From a plasmid: a stretch of 64,000 bases of DNA. Under the pieces are notes generated by a model, which saw only the letters and a list, made by a program, of their open reading frames with translations, was not told the origin of the DNA and did no database searches. Positions 10,071 to 20,026 of this stretch are shown piece after piece. Position numbers and translations under genes: made by a program. The stretch lies in sequence record NZ_CP067424.1; one strand, written 5' to 3'. Every line of letters starts with the position of its first letter. Within the stretch, counting starts at the first letter, position 1.

Positions 10071-10541
10071 ATGAGGCTGGGCTACGCGCGGGTGTCCACC
10101 GAGGACCAGGCCCTGGAGCGCCTGCTCGCCGAGCTGCGGACCGACGATGTCCTGGTCGTCACCCGGCTCGACCGGCTGGCGCGCTCGACGGCGGAACTGC
10201 TGCGTATCGTCCAGACCATTGAGGAGAAGCGCGCGGGCCTCCAGTCGCTCGAGGAGCCCTGGGCGGACACCACGTCCCCCGCCGGCCGGATGGTGCTGAC
10301 CGTCTTTGCCGGCATCGCCGAGTTCGAGCGCGCCCTGATCCGCCAGCGTACTGAGGAGGGCCGGACCGCCGCCAAGAAGCGCGGCGTCCCCTTCGGCCGT
10401 CCCCGCAAGCTCCGGCCCGACCAGCAGGACCTGATCCGCCGCCTGATTGAGGAGGGCCGGTCCGTCAGCGACGTTGCCCGGGCCTTCAATGTCCATCCGG
10501 CGACGATCTACCGCTGCCTGGAGACCGCCCAGCCCTTATGA
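10071..10541 (+). CDS. tnpR: Serine recombinase (resolvase TnpR), short variant with an apparent internal deletion of about 25-30 aa
   Basis: MRLGYARVSTEDQ (catalytic Ser motif) and the C-terminal HTH are present. The segment normally between the Ser motif and the ..LVV.RLDRL.RS block, present in the resolvase at 22953, is missing. Confidence 0.7.
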   Translation: MRLGYARVSTEDQALERLLAELRTDDVLVVTRLDRLARSTAELLRIVQTIEEKRAGLQSLEEPWADTTSPAGRMVLTVFAGIAEFERALIRQRTEEGRTAAKKRGVPFGRPRKLRPDQQDLIRRLIEEGRSVSDVARAFNVHPATIYRCLETAQPL

Positions 10542-10875
10542 CAGTACGCCGTTCCGTTCATGCGCACAGTCCAATACGGCGGACTCGGATGGCAGATGCC
10601 AGTACACTGATGCATACAAAAGATGCACCTGAATCGGCAAAAAGGTAGTCTTTACATGAGCTTGGATGTCGCTCCTTGAATCTTTTGTATGCGTCAGTGC
10701 ACTAGTATTTTTACTAATCAATCTGTAACACCCGCATTTGTGTCCTTGCTATTACCTCGAAAGGAGAATGCGGACAGCGGATCAGCCGCCCGAACGAATG
10801 CGGAACATCAATGATTCATTGCTAAGTGTCGGATTTTGCGGCAAAACTTCCATTTTTCGGCATCACAGGAAGGTC

Positions 10876-11484
10876 ATGCCAAGGAAGCGCGACCCGTCTG
10901 TCTTCACGACATCAGTTTCAGGGATTTCTGATGATGCTTGGGATGTCTTCAGGGGGGAAGTGAGGAGACTTCAAAGACATATCCCGAGTTATACGTTGCG
11001 GCAAGCGCTGGAGCAGTCAATTTATTCCATAAGAGGAGAGATCGAACGGCGCGATGAATATGGATCGCAGTTGATGATATACCCTCTTCCTGAAGGTGAA
11101 AGCAGGCCAGTGTCTATCCAGATAGATAAGAGATTTCGCGAGTATTTACATCATTGCTCAAAGTTAACTGGATACAAACAGAATGTAATTTTACTCAATG
11201 GTATGCTCTTGAATGCTCTGTCCATGAATGATTTGTCGACGGAACACGAGTATGAAGAAGAGAAAGAAACGTTTAGTGGCATGATTGCGGAAGGAAGAAA
11301 TATTATAGGGGAAGGAAATAAAATATTAACTTCCTTAGAAGTGAAAGATTTTCTTAGGCAAATGTATAATGATAAAAAAGATAAAAACATCAAGGATATA
11401 TATTTGAGAATGACTGGCAAGTCACCTCCAAATCCGTCTTCTAGCGGGTATGGTTACATGTCGCATGGGATAAAAACCGCTTAA
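10876..11484 (+). CDS. Hypothetical protein (about 200 aa) in a low-GC island upstream of repA
   Basis: ORF in the roughly 40% GC region 10580-11500. Lys/Glu-rich C-terminus. No recognisable domain. Start chosen at MPRKRDPS; in-frame upstream alternatives exist. Confidence 0.35.
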   Translation: MPRKRDPSVFTTSVSGISDDAWDVFRGEVRRLQRHIPSYTLRQALEQSIYSIRGEIERRDEYGSQLMIYPLPEGESRPVSIQIDKRFREYLHHCSKLTGYKQNVILLNGMLLNALSMNDLSTEHEYEEEKETFSGMIAEGRNIIGEGNKILTSLEVKDFLRQMYNDKKDKNIKDIYLRMTGKSPPNPSSSGYGYMSHGIKTA

Positions 11485-11601
11485 AACTTATTAGCGCCCA
11501 GTTCTATTTTGCCTAGTAATTTTACTAGACAAAAGCGCTTGCCAAACCCCGCCGCTTGAGTCCATCCTGCCCTCACCCTTCCGCAGCCAACAGGTGACGC
11601 T

Positions 11602-12690
11602 GTGCCATCGAAGAAAACGCCGACCGGCTCGCGCGAAGGGGATCAGTACGGTTTCGACCTCTCCGCCTCCCGTGGCCGTGCCATGCGGGAGAAGATGCGC
11701 CAAGCTGCGGAGTCGGCGGACGACAGGGGCGACCTGAAGCCTCTCGGCAGCGCGATCACCCTTCCCGCTCTGACGCCGATCAAGAAGCGCCTGCTGGAAG
11801 CATCTGTCGAGATCAGGGCGGACGAGCCGGAGGAGCTGGCATTCCAGCACACATGCCTGACGCAATGCTCGATGCCTGCCGCCAAGCCGAAACCGGGAGT
11901 GCTGACATGGGAGCGCCGTCAGGGCCGCACCATGCTTCAGGTATCCGCCGGAACGGCGATGAACCCCAAGGGCGGGAAATGGGTGCAACTCGGCCTGCCG
12001 TATGGCCCCAAGGCCCGCCTGCTGCTGATGCACCTGAACAGCGAGGCGATCCGCAGCGGCTCCCCCGTCATTCCGGTGGAAGACAGCATGACGGCGTTCT
12101 TCCGCCGCCTGATGGGCCGGTCTATCGACGGGCGCCAGGTGCGCATGCTGAAGACGCAGCTTTCGGCGCTCGCCGCCGCGACCTTCCGCATGGGTATCGC
12201 CTACGAAGACCATTCCATGCAGATGACCGGCCAAGTGGTCGGAGCCTTCGAGCTTTGGTCGCTGACCGATGAGGGGCAGCGGGTGCTATGGCCAGCCACC
12301 CTGCGCCTGTCGACCGATTATTTTGACAGCCTGAGCCGGTATGCGGTGCCGCTGGATGAGCGGGCTATCGCGGCGCTCGCCTTCTCCGCCGTGGCACTGG
12401 ACATCTATTGCTGGCTGGCGCAGCGCCTGCATCGTATCCCGGTCGGAAGGCAGCAATTCGTACCGTGGACGGCGCTGCTGGAGCAGTTCGGGCAGGGGTA
12501 CAGGGAAATCCGGTTTTTCCGCCGCGACTTCCTGCACCTCCTGCAGCAGGTAAAATCCGCTTACCCTGAAGCGATCTTTGATGCGGACGGCAAGGGCATG
12601 TACCTCACGACCTCGCCGCCGCCTGTCAGAAAGAAGCTGGTGATGCTGCCGGGTGCGAAGACGCTAGACCTGAAGGCGGTGAAAAGTTGA
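11602..12690 (+). CDS. repA: Plasmid replication initiator RepA (alphaproteobacterial RPA family)
   Basis: 362 aa. The central block GKWVQLGLPYGPKARLLLMHLNSEAIRSGSPVIPVEDSMTAFFRRL is characteristic of the 'replication initiator protein A' family of alphaproteobacterial plasmids. GTG start. Followed by iterons. Confidence 0.65.
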   Translation: MPSKKTPTGSREGDQYGFDLSASRGRAMREKMRQAAESADDRGDLKPLGSAITLPALTPIKKRLLEASVEIRADEPEELAFQHTCLTQCSMPAAKPKPGVLTWERRQGRTMLQVSAGTAMNPKGGKWVQLGLPYGPKARLLLMHLNSEAIRSGSPVIPVEDSMTAFFRRLMGRSIDGRQVRMLKTQLSALAAATFRMGIAYEDHSMQMTGQVVGAFELWSLTDEGQRVLWPATLRLSTDYFDSLSRYAVPLDERAIAALAFSAVALDIYCWLAQRLHRIPVGRQQFVPWTALLEQFGQGYREIRFFRRDFLHLLQQVKSAYPEAIFDADGKGMYLTTSPPPVRKKLVMLPGAKTLDLKAVKS

Positions 12691-12723
12691 GGCGTATGCT
12701 CCTCTTTTTCCCGTTCTGATCAA

Positions 12724-13280
12724 CGTGCAATCGCTCACGCTTTGGGGCATCCAAAGCCAGTGATCACGCATGCTTAGGCCCAGCTACGTGCAATCACTCA
12801 CGCCCCTTGACGCCGCTCGATCTCCTCTGCCGAAGGCCCTTCGGGTGAGAATGGCCCCTCGATAATGCGACGAGCATATTTTGAAGCTTTCGCAGCAGTA
12901 TCATCACTTGGTACAGCTCTCGGTCTGCCAGAATTGCGATCATGAACCGTATCCAACCATGACTGGACTTCCTCCATGAAGGCCATCTGCTCGTTTCTAG
13001 TTTTACCGATCTTCCCGCCCCTCTGCAGAAATCTCCCCAGAACCGCCTCAACAGCAAGCGCGTAAGCCTTTTCGTCAAACTCTTCCTTGTAGAAGTCGTA
13101 TATCATTTGCTTTCAGTTTCTCCGTTATTGAACGCACAGTTTTATGAACCTATTGCGCCCAACCGCACAAGTCACTCCATTGGGAGGTGGACTAAATCGC
13201 CTATTCACAGGTAATCGCTCACGCTATCTGCGTGCAATCGCTCACGTTTTCCGGGGCTGATCGACGTGCAATCACTCACT
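12724..13280. repeat. Two clusters of 16-bp iterons CGTGCAATC(G/A)CTCACG (candidate oriV)
   Basis: Copies at 12724-12739, 12787-12802, 13210-13223 (partial), 13231-13246 and 13265-13280. They lie just downstream of repA and flank a small ORF. Confidence 0.6.
12798..13106 (-). CDS. Hypothetical small protein (102 aa) between the iteron clusters
   Basis: ORF MIYDFYKEEFDEKAYALAVEAVLGRF…, lower GC. Position suggests a replication/partition accessory protein, but there is no motif support. Confidence 0.3.
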   Translation of the reverse strand: MIYDFYKEEFDEKAYALAVEAVLGRFLQRGGKIGKTRNEQMAFMEEVQSWLDTVHDRNSGRPRAVPSDDTAAKASKYARRIIEGPFSPEGPSAEEIERRQGA

Positions 13281-13597
13281 CAAACCTCTAAGACTCTTAA
13301 CCTCTAAGAATCCGGTAGTTGGTGCTGGATAACGGGGAAAGCGGGGAAGTGCCATCGTCTCGATGGTGGAAGGGTAGCAGCGGGAGAGCCAGCCGCCTCA
13401 AGGACGCTTCGCGCCGCCTCCGGCGGTGCCTTTCAGGCATCCTTGACCCGTCTGTCTCCCCGTGCTTAGCAGGAGCCATCGGGACGAAGGGCGGGTGTAG
13501 GGGTGTTTCCAGCATCTCTGCGAAAATATACTGTAGCGTATTGCACGCCATATTAACCTCGTGGATCGGAGCCGGGCGCAATGGCCTGCGCCAGCGC

Positions 13598-16049
13598 TCA
13601 GACTTCGACCGGCTCGGGCAAGTCGAAGGCGGGCATGGTGCGGTTGACGAAGTAGACCCCACTGGGAACGATATGCCGGCGCTGGAGCGGCCAGACATGG
13701 GCGAGATCCTGGTCGGCGATCGTCATGCCGCCGGTGCGCAGCTCGCTGACGATGCGCGCCATTTGCAAAGTGTTCCACAGCACCACCGCGTTAGACAGCA
13801 GGCCGAGGCAACTCGCCCGGTTCATCATCGCCTCGTAGTCGCTGGTGCGGAACTCGCCCTGATTGGCGAAGAACAGCCAGCGGGCCAGGGCGTGGCGGGA
13901 TTCACCGCGGTTGAGCTGGGCCTGGATGCGCCGGCGCAGCGGCGCGTCGTGGAGGTAGCGCAGAACGTTGCGCGTCTTGACCAGGCGGCCGAGCGTGGTC
14001 AGCGCCTTGGCCACACGATCGTTGGGACCGCCGGCGGTGAGACGCTGCAGCACGACATGCGCCGGCGCCGTGCGGGCCTTGAGCGAGGCCGCGACGCGGA
14101 CGAGTTGGTCCCATTGCTCGATCAGAAGGGTCGTCTCGCTGGTCCCTGCGAACAGCGCGGCGAGATCCTCGGGGATCGCGGCACCCTCGGGCCGCCAGAG
14201 CCGCTGGTCGCTCAGATCCTTGAGGCGCGGCATGAAATCGATGCCCAGGAGATGGCACAGGCCCCACAAGGGTTCGGTGAAGCCGTGGGTGTCGGTGGTG
14301 TGCTGGCGGGGATCGAGGCTGGTATCGTTCTCGAGCAGGCCGTCGAGGACGTAGGTCGCTTCCCGCGGGGCGCAGGAAATGAGCTGGGTGGCGAAGACGC
14401 CGATCCGGTCGCTGACGTGGGTGTAGACGGTGACGGCCTTGTCGTAATGGCCGAAGTAGCGGGGGTGGTAAGCGCCGATCAGGGTGCCCGGCGGGGCCCG
14501 GAAGCGCTGGCCATCCGAGGACGACAGCCGGCCGTCGCCCCAGACCGCGGCGAAATCAACCTGATGGAGATGCTCGACGATCCGGGCGCTGGCGGCCTTC
14601 AGGGTGGCGTCGCGCACCAGCCAGCGCGCGGTCTGCTGGAGATCGGCGGCGGTCAGGTCCTCGACGCTGTCGCCCATGGCGGTCAGGCCGAGGTTGGTGC
14701 CGTGGGCGATCAGGGTGGCGAGCAGGGCACGGTAGGTGTCCTGCGCGCGCGGCTCATAGCCGGCAAGCGGATGGAAGGCGCGGGAAAAGCCGCAGCGCTG
14801 GTCGACCTCGAGCAGAACATCCTCGATCCGGACCCGGGGCATCCGGCTTTCGATCTCGCGGCGCAGATGGCGGACCTCGGGCGACAGCGGCAAGGCATCG
14901 GGCCGGTGGAGACGCAACTGGCCCTGCTCGATGCCGGCGAAGTCGTTGGCCGCCCGCCCGGCGGCAAAGGCGCCGGCGGCGGTTTCGATGGCGCGCGCCA
15001 GATCGGCGAGGTGTTCGGCCGGCCGTTCGGGCAGACCGAGATCGGCGTAGGCGCCGGTTCGGGCGCTCGCCCACAGCCGCTCGTCGAGCACCAGCGACCA
15101 GAAGCCGGCATGGCGCCGGCTGTCGGGCAGATGGAGATCGCCCGAGCGCAGCGCGTCGCGGACCGCCAGGGCGAGCGCAGTCTCCCAGACCGAGCGGCGC
15201 AGCCGGCCGCGCTCGTCGCGCAGCACCGTTCGCCAGCCGGGCGGGACGAAGCCGGTCGGCGCGTCCTCCGGCAGGGTCTTGATCTCACCGCGGTCGAGCT
15301 GGCGAACCAAGTCGATCGCCCGCGGCAGGTCATCGTGACCGGTGTCGGAGGTGAATGGCAGCGACAGGAAGGCCGGCAGGGACTTGCGCAGATCCGGGTA
15401 GCGGGCGAGGACGGCGTCGACCACGCCGCGGCTGTCCTGGGTGGAAACCGCCTCGCAGGCGGCGACCGCGCCCCGCAGCCGCTCGGCCCCGAGGCGGCCG
15501 CGCAGGCCAGCCACGGATTCCTCAGGGTCGCCGGCGAGGACCGCCTTGCCGGTATCGACCAGCGTGAGCAGGCCGTCCTCGGCCGCGCGCCGCAGACGCC
15601 GGGCCTCGGCTTCGGCGGCATGGCGGGCGCGGCGCATCAGGCCGGTCATGTGATTGTCATGGGCCTGCACCAGGTCGTCGAGCAGCCCCTGGCGCCGGTC
15701 GAGCAGAAAGCAGACGAGCAGGCCGTGGCGCTTGTCGGGCGGAAAGCGCCGCAGGGCACGGCCATCGTAGCGCCGGCACAGCTGGGCGAGTTGCTGACGA
15801 ACCCGCTGGGGCACCTCGGCAAGATCAGGCAGATCGGCCAGCATGACCGTGATCTCGTCCAGCCGCTGACAGGCCTCACGGGTGAACCGCCCCATCGACG
15901 CTGCCGAGGGCGTGCGGTAGCGGCCGAGGGAGGCACGGCCCTCCGTACCGGCGTCGTCGGCCAGCTGACCGACCAGCCGGTCGAGGGCCGCGCGCAGGGA
16001 TGAGGGAAGGCGGGCGGCGAGGCGGTTGAACAGGCCGTTCAGGGCCTGG
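13598..16049 (-). pseudogene. tnpA: Tn3-family transposase TnpA of element C, distal (about 815 aa) part, separated from its 5' end by IS21
   Basis: The frame stays open upstream of the annotated Met up to the IS21 boundary (…QTDWGLFTRPIWGSFIRPLHQALNGLFNRLAARLPSSL…). Removing IS21 and one TSD copy rejoins it in frame to 18409..18892 (…VAAITRQ|ALNGLFNRL…), which matches the other TnpA genes. Confidence 0.8.
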
Positions 16050-16113
16050 TGTAAAGGGCGGATGAAGCTTCCCCAGATCGGGCGGGTGAATAATCCCCAG
16101 TCGGTTTGTCAGG

Positions 16114-16992
16114 TTATAGGTCGGTGTCTGGCTGGGTAGAGGTCATTTTCGGTGGTCGTCCCCGGCGGCGTGGTTGAGGTTGAGGGGTAGTGATGGATCG
16201 GGTTCGAGTGTTGTCCGGGATCAGGTCGGCGTGGCGGCGGAGCCGGTAGCTGGCTCCCTCGATCTGAACGACAACGGCATGGTGTAGCAGGCGGTCCAGC
16301 AGCGCGGTGGCGACGACGGTGCCGCCGAAGACATCGCCCCATTCGGCAAAGCCGCGGTTCGAGGTCAGGATCATCGCGCCGCGTTCGTAACGGGCATTTA
16401 CCAGCTGGAAGAATAGGTTGCCGCCCCCCGGGATGACGGGCAGATAGCCGATCTCATCGACGATCAGCAACTGGGGCCGGCACAGAAAACGCAGGCGTTC
16501 GCGCAGGGTGCCTTCCCGCTCCGCCTTGGCGAGCGAACTGACGATGTCGGCCAGGGTGGCGAAGTAGACCGAACGACCGGACTTGACCGCCTCGACACCG
16601 AGGGCCAGCGCCAGATGGGTTTTGCCGCAGCCGGGTTGACCGAGGAAATGGACCGCCTCGTGGCGATCGACGAAGTCGAGCTGGGCCAGCGCCATGATGC
16701 GGTCGCGGTCAAGCGAGGGCTGGAAGGAGAAGTCGAACCCGCCCAGGGTCTTGATGTTGATCAGCCGGCCCATCTTCAGCGCGGACCTGACGCGTCGCCC
16801 CTCCCGCAGGGTCAGTTCCTCGCCGAGCAGGGTGTCGATGGCCTCCAGGGCCGAGATCTCGCCGCGTTCGATCCGCCGCAGGATATGCTCCAGCACTTCG
16901 AGCGCGCGCGGCATGTTGAGACCGACCAGGTGAGCGCGGATGCGGTCGAGCGTGGCGGGGCTGGCCGCCGGATCGAGGGTGGTTGCGGTCAT
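16114..16992 (-). CDS. istB: IS21 helper ATPase IstB
   Basis: Walker A GQPGCGKTHLALALG and an AAA+ IstB-type sequence. 4-bp overlap with istA. Confidence 0.85.
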   Translation of the reverse strand: MTATTLDPAASPATLDRIRAHLVGLNMPRALEVLEHILRRIERGEISALEAIDTLLGEELTLREGRRVRSALKMGRLINIKTLGGFDFSFQPSLDRDRIMALAQLDFVDRHEAVHFLGQPGCGKTHLALALGVEAVKSGRSVYFATLADIVSSLAKAEREGTLRERLRFLCRPQLLIVDEIGYLPVIPGGGNLFFQLVNARYERGAMILTSNRGFAEWGDVFGGTVVATALLDRLLHHAVVVQIEGASYRLRRHADLIPDNTRTRSITTPQPQPRRRGRPPKMTSTQPDTDL

Positions 16993-18263
16993 GGGACACC
17001 CTGCTGGCTGGCGAGACGGCGGCCGATCGCGTCGTAGATGGCCAGCGAACGGGGTGTCACCGTGCTGCCCCGAGGCTCGGGCCTGGCCTCCTCCCGGGCC
17101 GTCCTGCTGTTGGCCGGCGGCGGCTGGGTGCGGTGACCGGGAGCGATCCGGCGCTGGCCGCGGCCTTCCTGTGCCGGATGGGAGGCGATGAGGATGCCGT
17201 CCTCCAGGATGTTGACCGCGCCGGCGGTAATCTGCACCTCGACGGTCCGCCGGCGGGTGCTGTCGGGCACGGAGTAGAGATTGCCGGCGACGGAGACCAT
17301 GCCGTCGCGGGTGATGCGGCGCTCGAGTGCCAGCACGGTGTTGAAGGGACCGGCCGGGAGGGCCTTGAGGTGATCGCGCTCCTCGGCGAAATGCTCGACG
17401 ACGACACGCTGGGTGGTGGCGTGCAGGCGAACGTTGGCGACCTGGTCCAGCCACTGGACGAACTGGGCGTTCAGGTCGTCCAGATTGCGGAAGGTGCGGG
17501 CGAGGAAGAAGTCCTCCCGGACATAGCGGAAGGGCCGCTCCACCTTGCCCTTGGTCTGTGCCCGGTAGGGCCTGCAGGCCTTCGGCAGGAAACCGTAGCA
17601 GGCGGCCAGATCGAGGAGCTTGGCATTGTAGGCGATCCCCTTGGCCGGCTGGTCGGGGTCCTCGACGTCACCGAGCACGGCGGTCTTCATGCGGTCATAA
17701 AGGATCTGCTCGGGCACGCCGCCGAACGCCTCGAAGGCGGCGATGTGGCACCGGAGCACGGTCGGCAGATCCTGGCGGGCGACGAAGCGGGCCCACATCA
17801 TGCGGCTGTGGCCGAGCACGATCGAGAACAGCCAGACGATCCGCTCGACGTCGGGCTGGTCGGTGAACACGGTCTTGAAGAAGGCGAAATCGACCTGGGC
17901 CTGCTTGCCGGGCGGTGTCTCGAACCGGCGCTCGAACTGTGTCTCGGGCCTGGGCCGGACGGTACGCAGGAAATCCTTCAGCACGGTATAGCCGCCCTGG
18001 TAGCCGAGCGCGCGGATGTCCCGGAGCAGACGTCGGCCGCTGAGTTCCGGGAAGGCCTGGAGGCGCTCCCGCAGATAGGGTTCAAAGGGGCCGACAAGGG
18101 TCTGTCGCGGGGGCCGCGGCGTGTAGGCGGGCGGCTCCAGCCCCTTGGCGATGTACTTTCGGATGGTCTTGCGGTCCAGGCCGGTCCGGCGCGCGATTGC
18201 CGACACGCTCAGCCCCTGGCGGGCGAGATCGAGAATCATGACGAGTTCCCCAAGTGTGACCAC
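16989..18263 (-). CDS. istA: IS21 transposase IstA
   Basis: N-terminal HTH (LSVSAIARRTGLDRKTIRKYI) and a DDE core (…HSRMMWARF…QILYDRMKTAV…) typical of IstA. 424 aa. Confidence 0.85.
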   Translation of the reverse strand: MVTLGELVMILDLARQGLSVSAIARRTGLDRKTIRKYIAKGLEPPAYTPRPPRQTLVGPFEPYLRERLQAFPELSGRRLLRDIRALGYQGGYTVLKDFLRTVRPRPETQFERRFETPPGKQAQVDFAFFKTVFTDQPDVERIVWLFSIVLGHSRMMWARFVARQDLPTVLRCHIAAFEAFGGVPEQILYDRMKTAVLGDVEDPDQPAKGIAYNAKLLDLAACYGFLPKACRPYRAQTKGKVERPFRYVREDFFLARTFRNLDDLNAQFVQWLDQVANVRLHATTQRVVVEHFAEERDHLKALPAGPFNTVLALERRITRDGMVSVAGNLYSVPDSTRRRTVEVQITAGAVNILEDGILIASHPAQEGRGQRRIAPGHRTQPPPANSRTAREEARPEPRGSTVTPRSLAIYDAIGRRLASQQGVP

Positions 18264-18408
18264 CCACGCCCTCCCTCAATCGACTGAGGGGATTATGGGC
18301 CAAGGGCGGCTACACGGTTCCGAGGCGCCTGCTCCGGAGCCGTGCCGTTGCGTCAGCCTGGGGAAAGTTCATCCGCCCGATCTGAGGAGTATTCACCCGG
18401 CACTTACA

Positions 18409-18892
18409 CCTGGCGGGTGATGGCGGCGACCAGCCGTTCGAGCGTGGTGCGGGCGGGCAGGATGACCTTCGCCGCGGACAGCGACGCTTCCGCCCGCTGG
18501 ATCAGGTCGGCGGTCGTCAGGCCATCGGCGGCGACCGCCGAGAGATCGGTCTCCAGACGGTTTTGGGCGTCGGTGGAAAACACCGTGAACCCGAGGTGGT
18601 CGCGCACCCGGGCGCGGATGGCGCTGTCGGTCGGCTGGCGGGCCAGGGAAGCCAGCCGGGCCGGTGGATCAATCCCGAGCCGGCGGGCCAGGTGGATGAC
18701 AGCGTCCCGCGGAACCTGCTCCGGGTCGTCGATGAACCGGCCGGTGCGGCGCACGCCGCACAGGTGCAGCGCGGTCCACAGGCGGTTGTCCGGACCGCGG
18801 GCGCGCATGACCTCCCGGAGGTCGGCCTCGTCGAGTGCCCAGTCGTTCAGGATCCGGTCCGGGTCGATCTCCTCCGGAGCGGGCTCAGCCAT
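18409..18892 (-). pseudogene. tnpA: Tn3-family TnpA of element C, N-terminal (DUF4158-like) part, separated from the rest by IS21
   Basis: MAEPAPEEIDPDRILNDWALDEADL…ILPARTTLERLVAAITRQ aligns with the N-termini of the other TnpA copies. Ends at the IS21 boundary. Confidence 0.8.
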
Positions 18893-19823
18893 CGAGATTG
18901 AACGGGGTCTGCTCGACGTCCCGGGCGAGATCCTCGGTCGAGGCGCGGGTGTAGACGGCGGTGGTGTCGAGGCTCTCGTGGCCGAGCAGCTGGGCCAGTT
19001 CGACCAGCTTGCCCGGATGCTGGCGCAGCCAGGCCAGGGCGAAGGTGTGGCGCAGGCTGTGGGCGGAGATGCCGGCGCGCTTGAGGCCGGCGCGGCGCAC
19101 TAGGCCGGCGATCGTGTTCTGGATCGAGCGCACCGGCAGCGGCTCGCTGCGGGTCGAGCGGAACACCGGATCCTCCGGCCGGGCGGGAGCCGGATCCCGC
19201 TCGAAGACTTGGCGCAGCGCCCGGCGGGCGGTGGCGTTGAGCGGCACCTCGCGTTCCCTGAGGCCCTTGCCGTGGCGGACGCGGAGCACGCCGGCGCGCT
19301 CGCGCAGGGTAATGTCGGCGCGCCGCAGGGCGGCCACCTCACCGATCCGCAGGCCGGTCTGCAGCATGAGCTGGACCAGCGCGTAGTTGCGCCGGGCCAG
19401 GCCGTGGGAGCTCTCACCAGCGGCGCGCAGCAGTCCATGGACCTCGGCCGCGGTGAGGCCGACGGGCTGGCGGTCGCCGGTCAGACGGATCGTCCGGACC
19501 CCGGCGGCGACGTTGGCGGCGACAACCCCGGTGGCCTCGGCCCAGCGCAGCACGCGGCGAACGGCCTCGAGACGGCGGTTGATGGTGGTCGCCCTGAACT
19601 GGCAGCGGGTGATCATGTGCTGGCGCCAGGCGATGACGTCGTGCTCGGTCAGCCGCGGCAGATCGGGTGGGGTGCCGTACAGGGCGGCGTACCAAGCGGC
19701 GAACTGGAGCAGATCGTAGCGGTAGCCCCGGCGGGTGGCGGCCGAGAGATCCTCCGCGGCGAGGCGGTCGAGGAAGGACTGAAGCCAGGGCGGAGGATCG
19801 ACCATCGCCGGGGATATTCCCAT
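18885..19823 (-). CDS. tnpI: Tyrosine recombinase (XerD/TnpI-like) of Tn3-family element C
   Basis: 312 aa with R…HxxR…Y catalytic signature (LRHTFALAW…GHESLDTTAVYT). Overlaps the tnpA start by 8 nt. Confidence 0.8.
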   Translation of the reverse strand: MGISPAMVDPPPWLQSFLDRLAAEDLSAATRRGYRYDLLQFAAWYAALYGTPPDLPRLTEHDVIAWRQHMITRCQFRATTINRRLEAVRRVLRWAEATGVVAANVAAGVRTIRLTGDRQPVGLTAAEVHGLLRAAGESSHGLARRNYALVQLMLQTGLRIGEVAALRRADITLRERAGVLRVRHGKGLREREVPLNATARRALRQVFERDPAPARPEDPVFRSTRSEPLPVRSIQNTIAGLVRRAGLKRAGISAHSLRHTFALAWLRQHPGKLVELAQLLGHESLDTTAVYTRASTEDLARDVEQTPFNLDG

Positions 19824-19828
19824 TGCAC

Positions 19829-19927
19829 GCCATGTCGACCCCCAGGATAAGGGCTTGGTTTACGGCGTGCAATGTGGCGATCGGGCTAGGCATATGGAGT
19901 GCAATTCGTATTGTACGCCATGTTAAC
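19829..19927. promoter_or_regulatory. Candidate internal resolution site (IRS): three TTGCACGCCATGT-type motifs, one inverted
   Basis: ttgcacgccatgtcgac (19829-45), ggcgtgcaatgtggcga (inverted, 19859-75) and ttgtacgccatgttaac (19911-27), between tnpI and the right IR. A fourth copy (13541-57) abuts the left IR. Confidence 0.4.
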
Positions 19928-20026
19928 ACGCCATTTTCAGCGGTCAGAGGCAAAACGACCTGGAAACCTGCCGGAATCGGTCCAAAAAGGGCGTCGTTAG
20001 AGTATATTTTCGCAGCGGCGCTGGAT

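Larger units (their letters stand above)
6907..10577. mobile_element. Tn3-family transposon B (tnpA plus divergent tnpR, res in between)
   Basis: About 31-bp terminal inverted repeats TGCGCATGAAC(A/G)GAACGG(T/C)GTACTGTCATAA at 6907-6937 and, inverted, at 10547-10577. They lie 15 bp beyond the TnpA stop and 6 bp beyond the tnpR stop. No TSD detected. Confidence 0.75.
16050..18408. mobile_element. IS21-family insertion sequence (istA-istB), 5-bp TSD CCTGG at 16045-16049 and 18409-18413
   Basis: Ends TGTAAAGGGCGGATGAAGCTTCCCCAGATCGGGCGGGTGAATAATCCCC (16050-) and its inverted counterpart TGTAAGTGCCGGGTGAATACTCCTCAGATCGGGCGGATGAACTTTCCCC (ending 18408), with multiple repeated sub-terminal motifs. 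Flanked by a direct CCTGG repeat. It splits tnpA. Confidence 0.8.
13509..20023. mobile_element. Tn3-family transposon C of the TnpI/IRS type (tnpI-tnpA co-directional), with tnpA interrupted by an IS21 element
   Basis: Terminal IRs CCAGCnnnnCTGCGAAAATATACT(G/C)TA(G/A)CG at about 13509-13538 and, inverted, at 19994-20023. Tyrosine recombinase and TnpA are on the minus strand. Repeated TTGCACGCCATRTTAAC motifs lie between tnpI and the right IR. Confidence 0.7.

Noticed and set aside
12724-13280. CRISPR array
   Set aside because: Repeats are only 16 bp, of mixed spacing (about 47 bp in one cluster, about 17-23 bp in the other) and split by an ORF. No cas genes. Interpreted as plasmid iterons.
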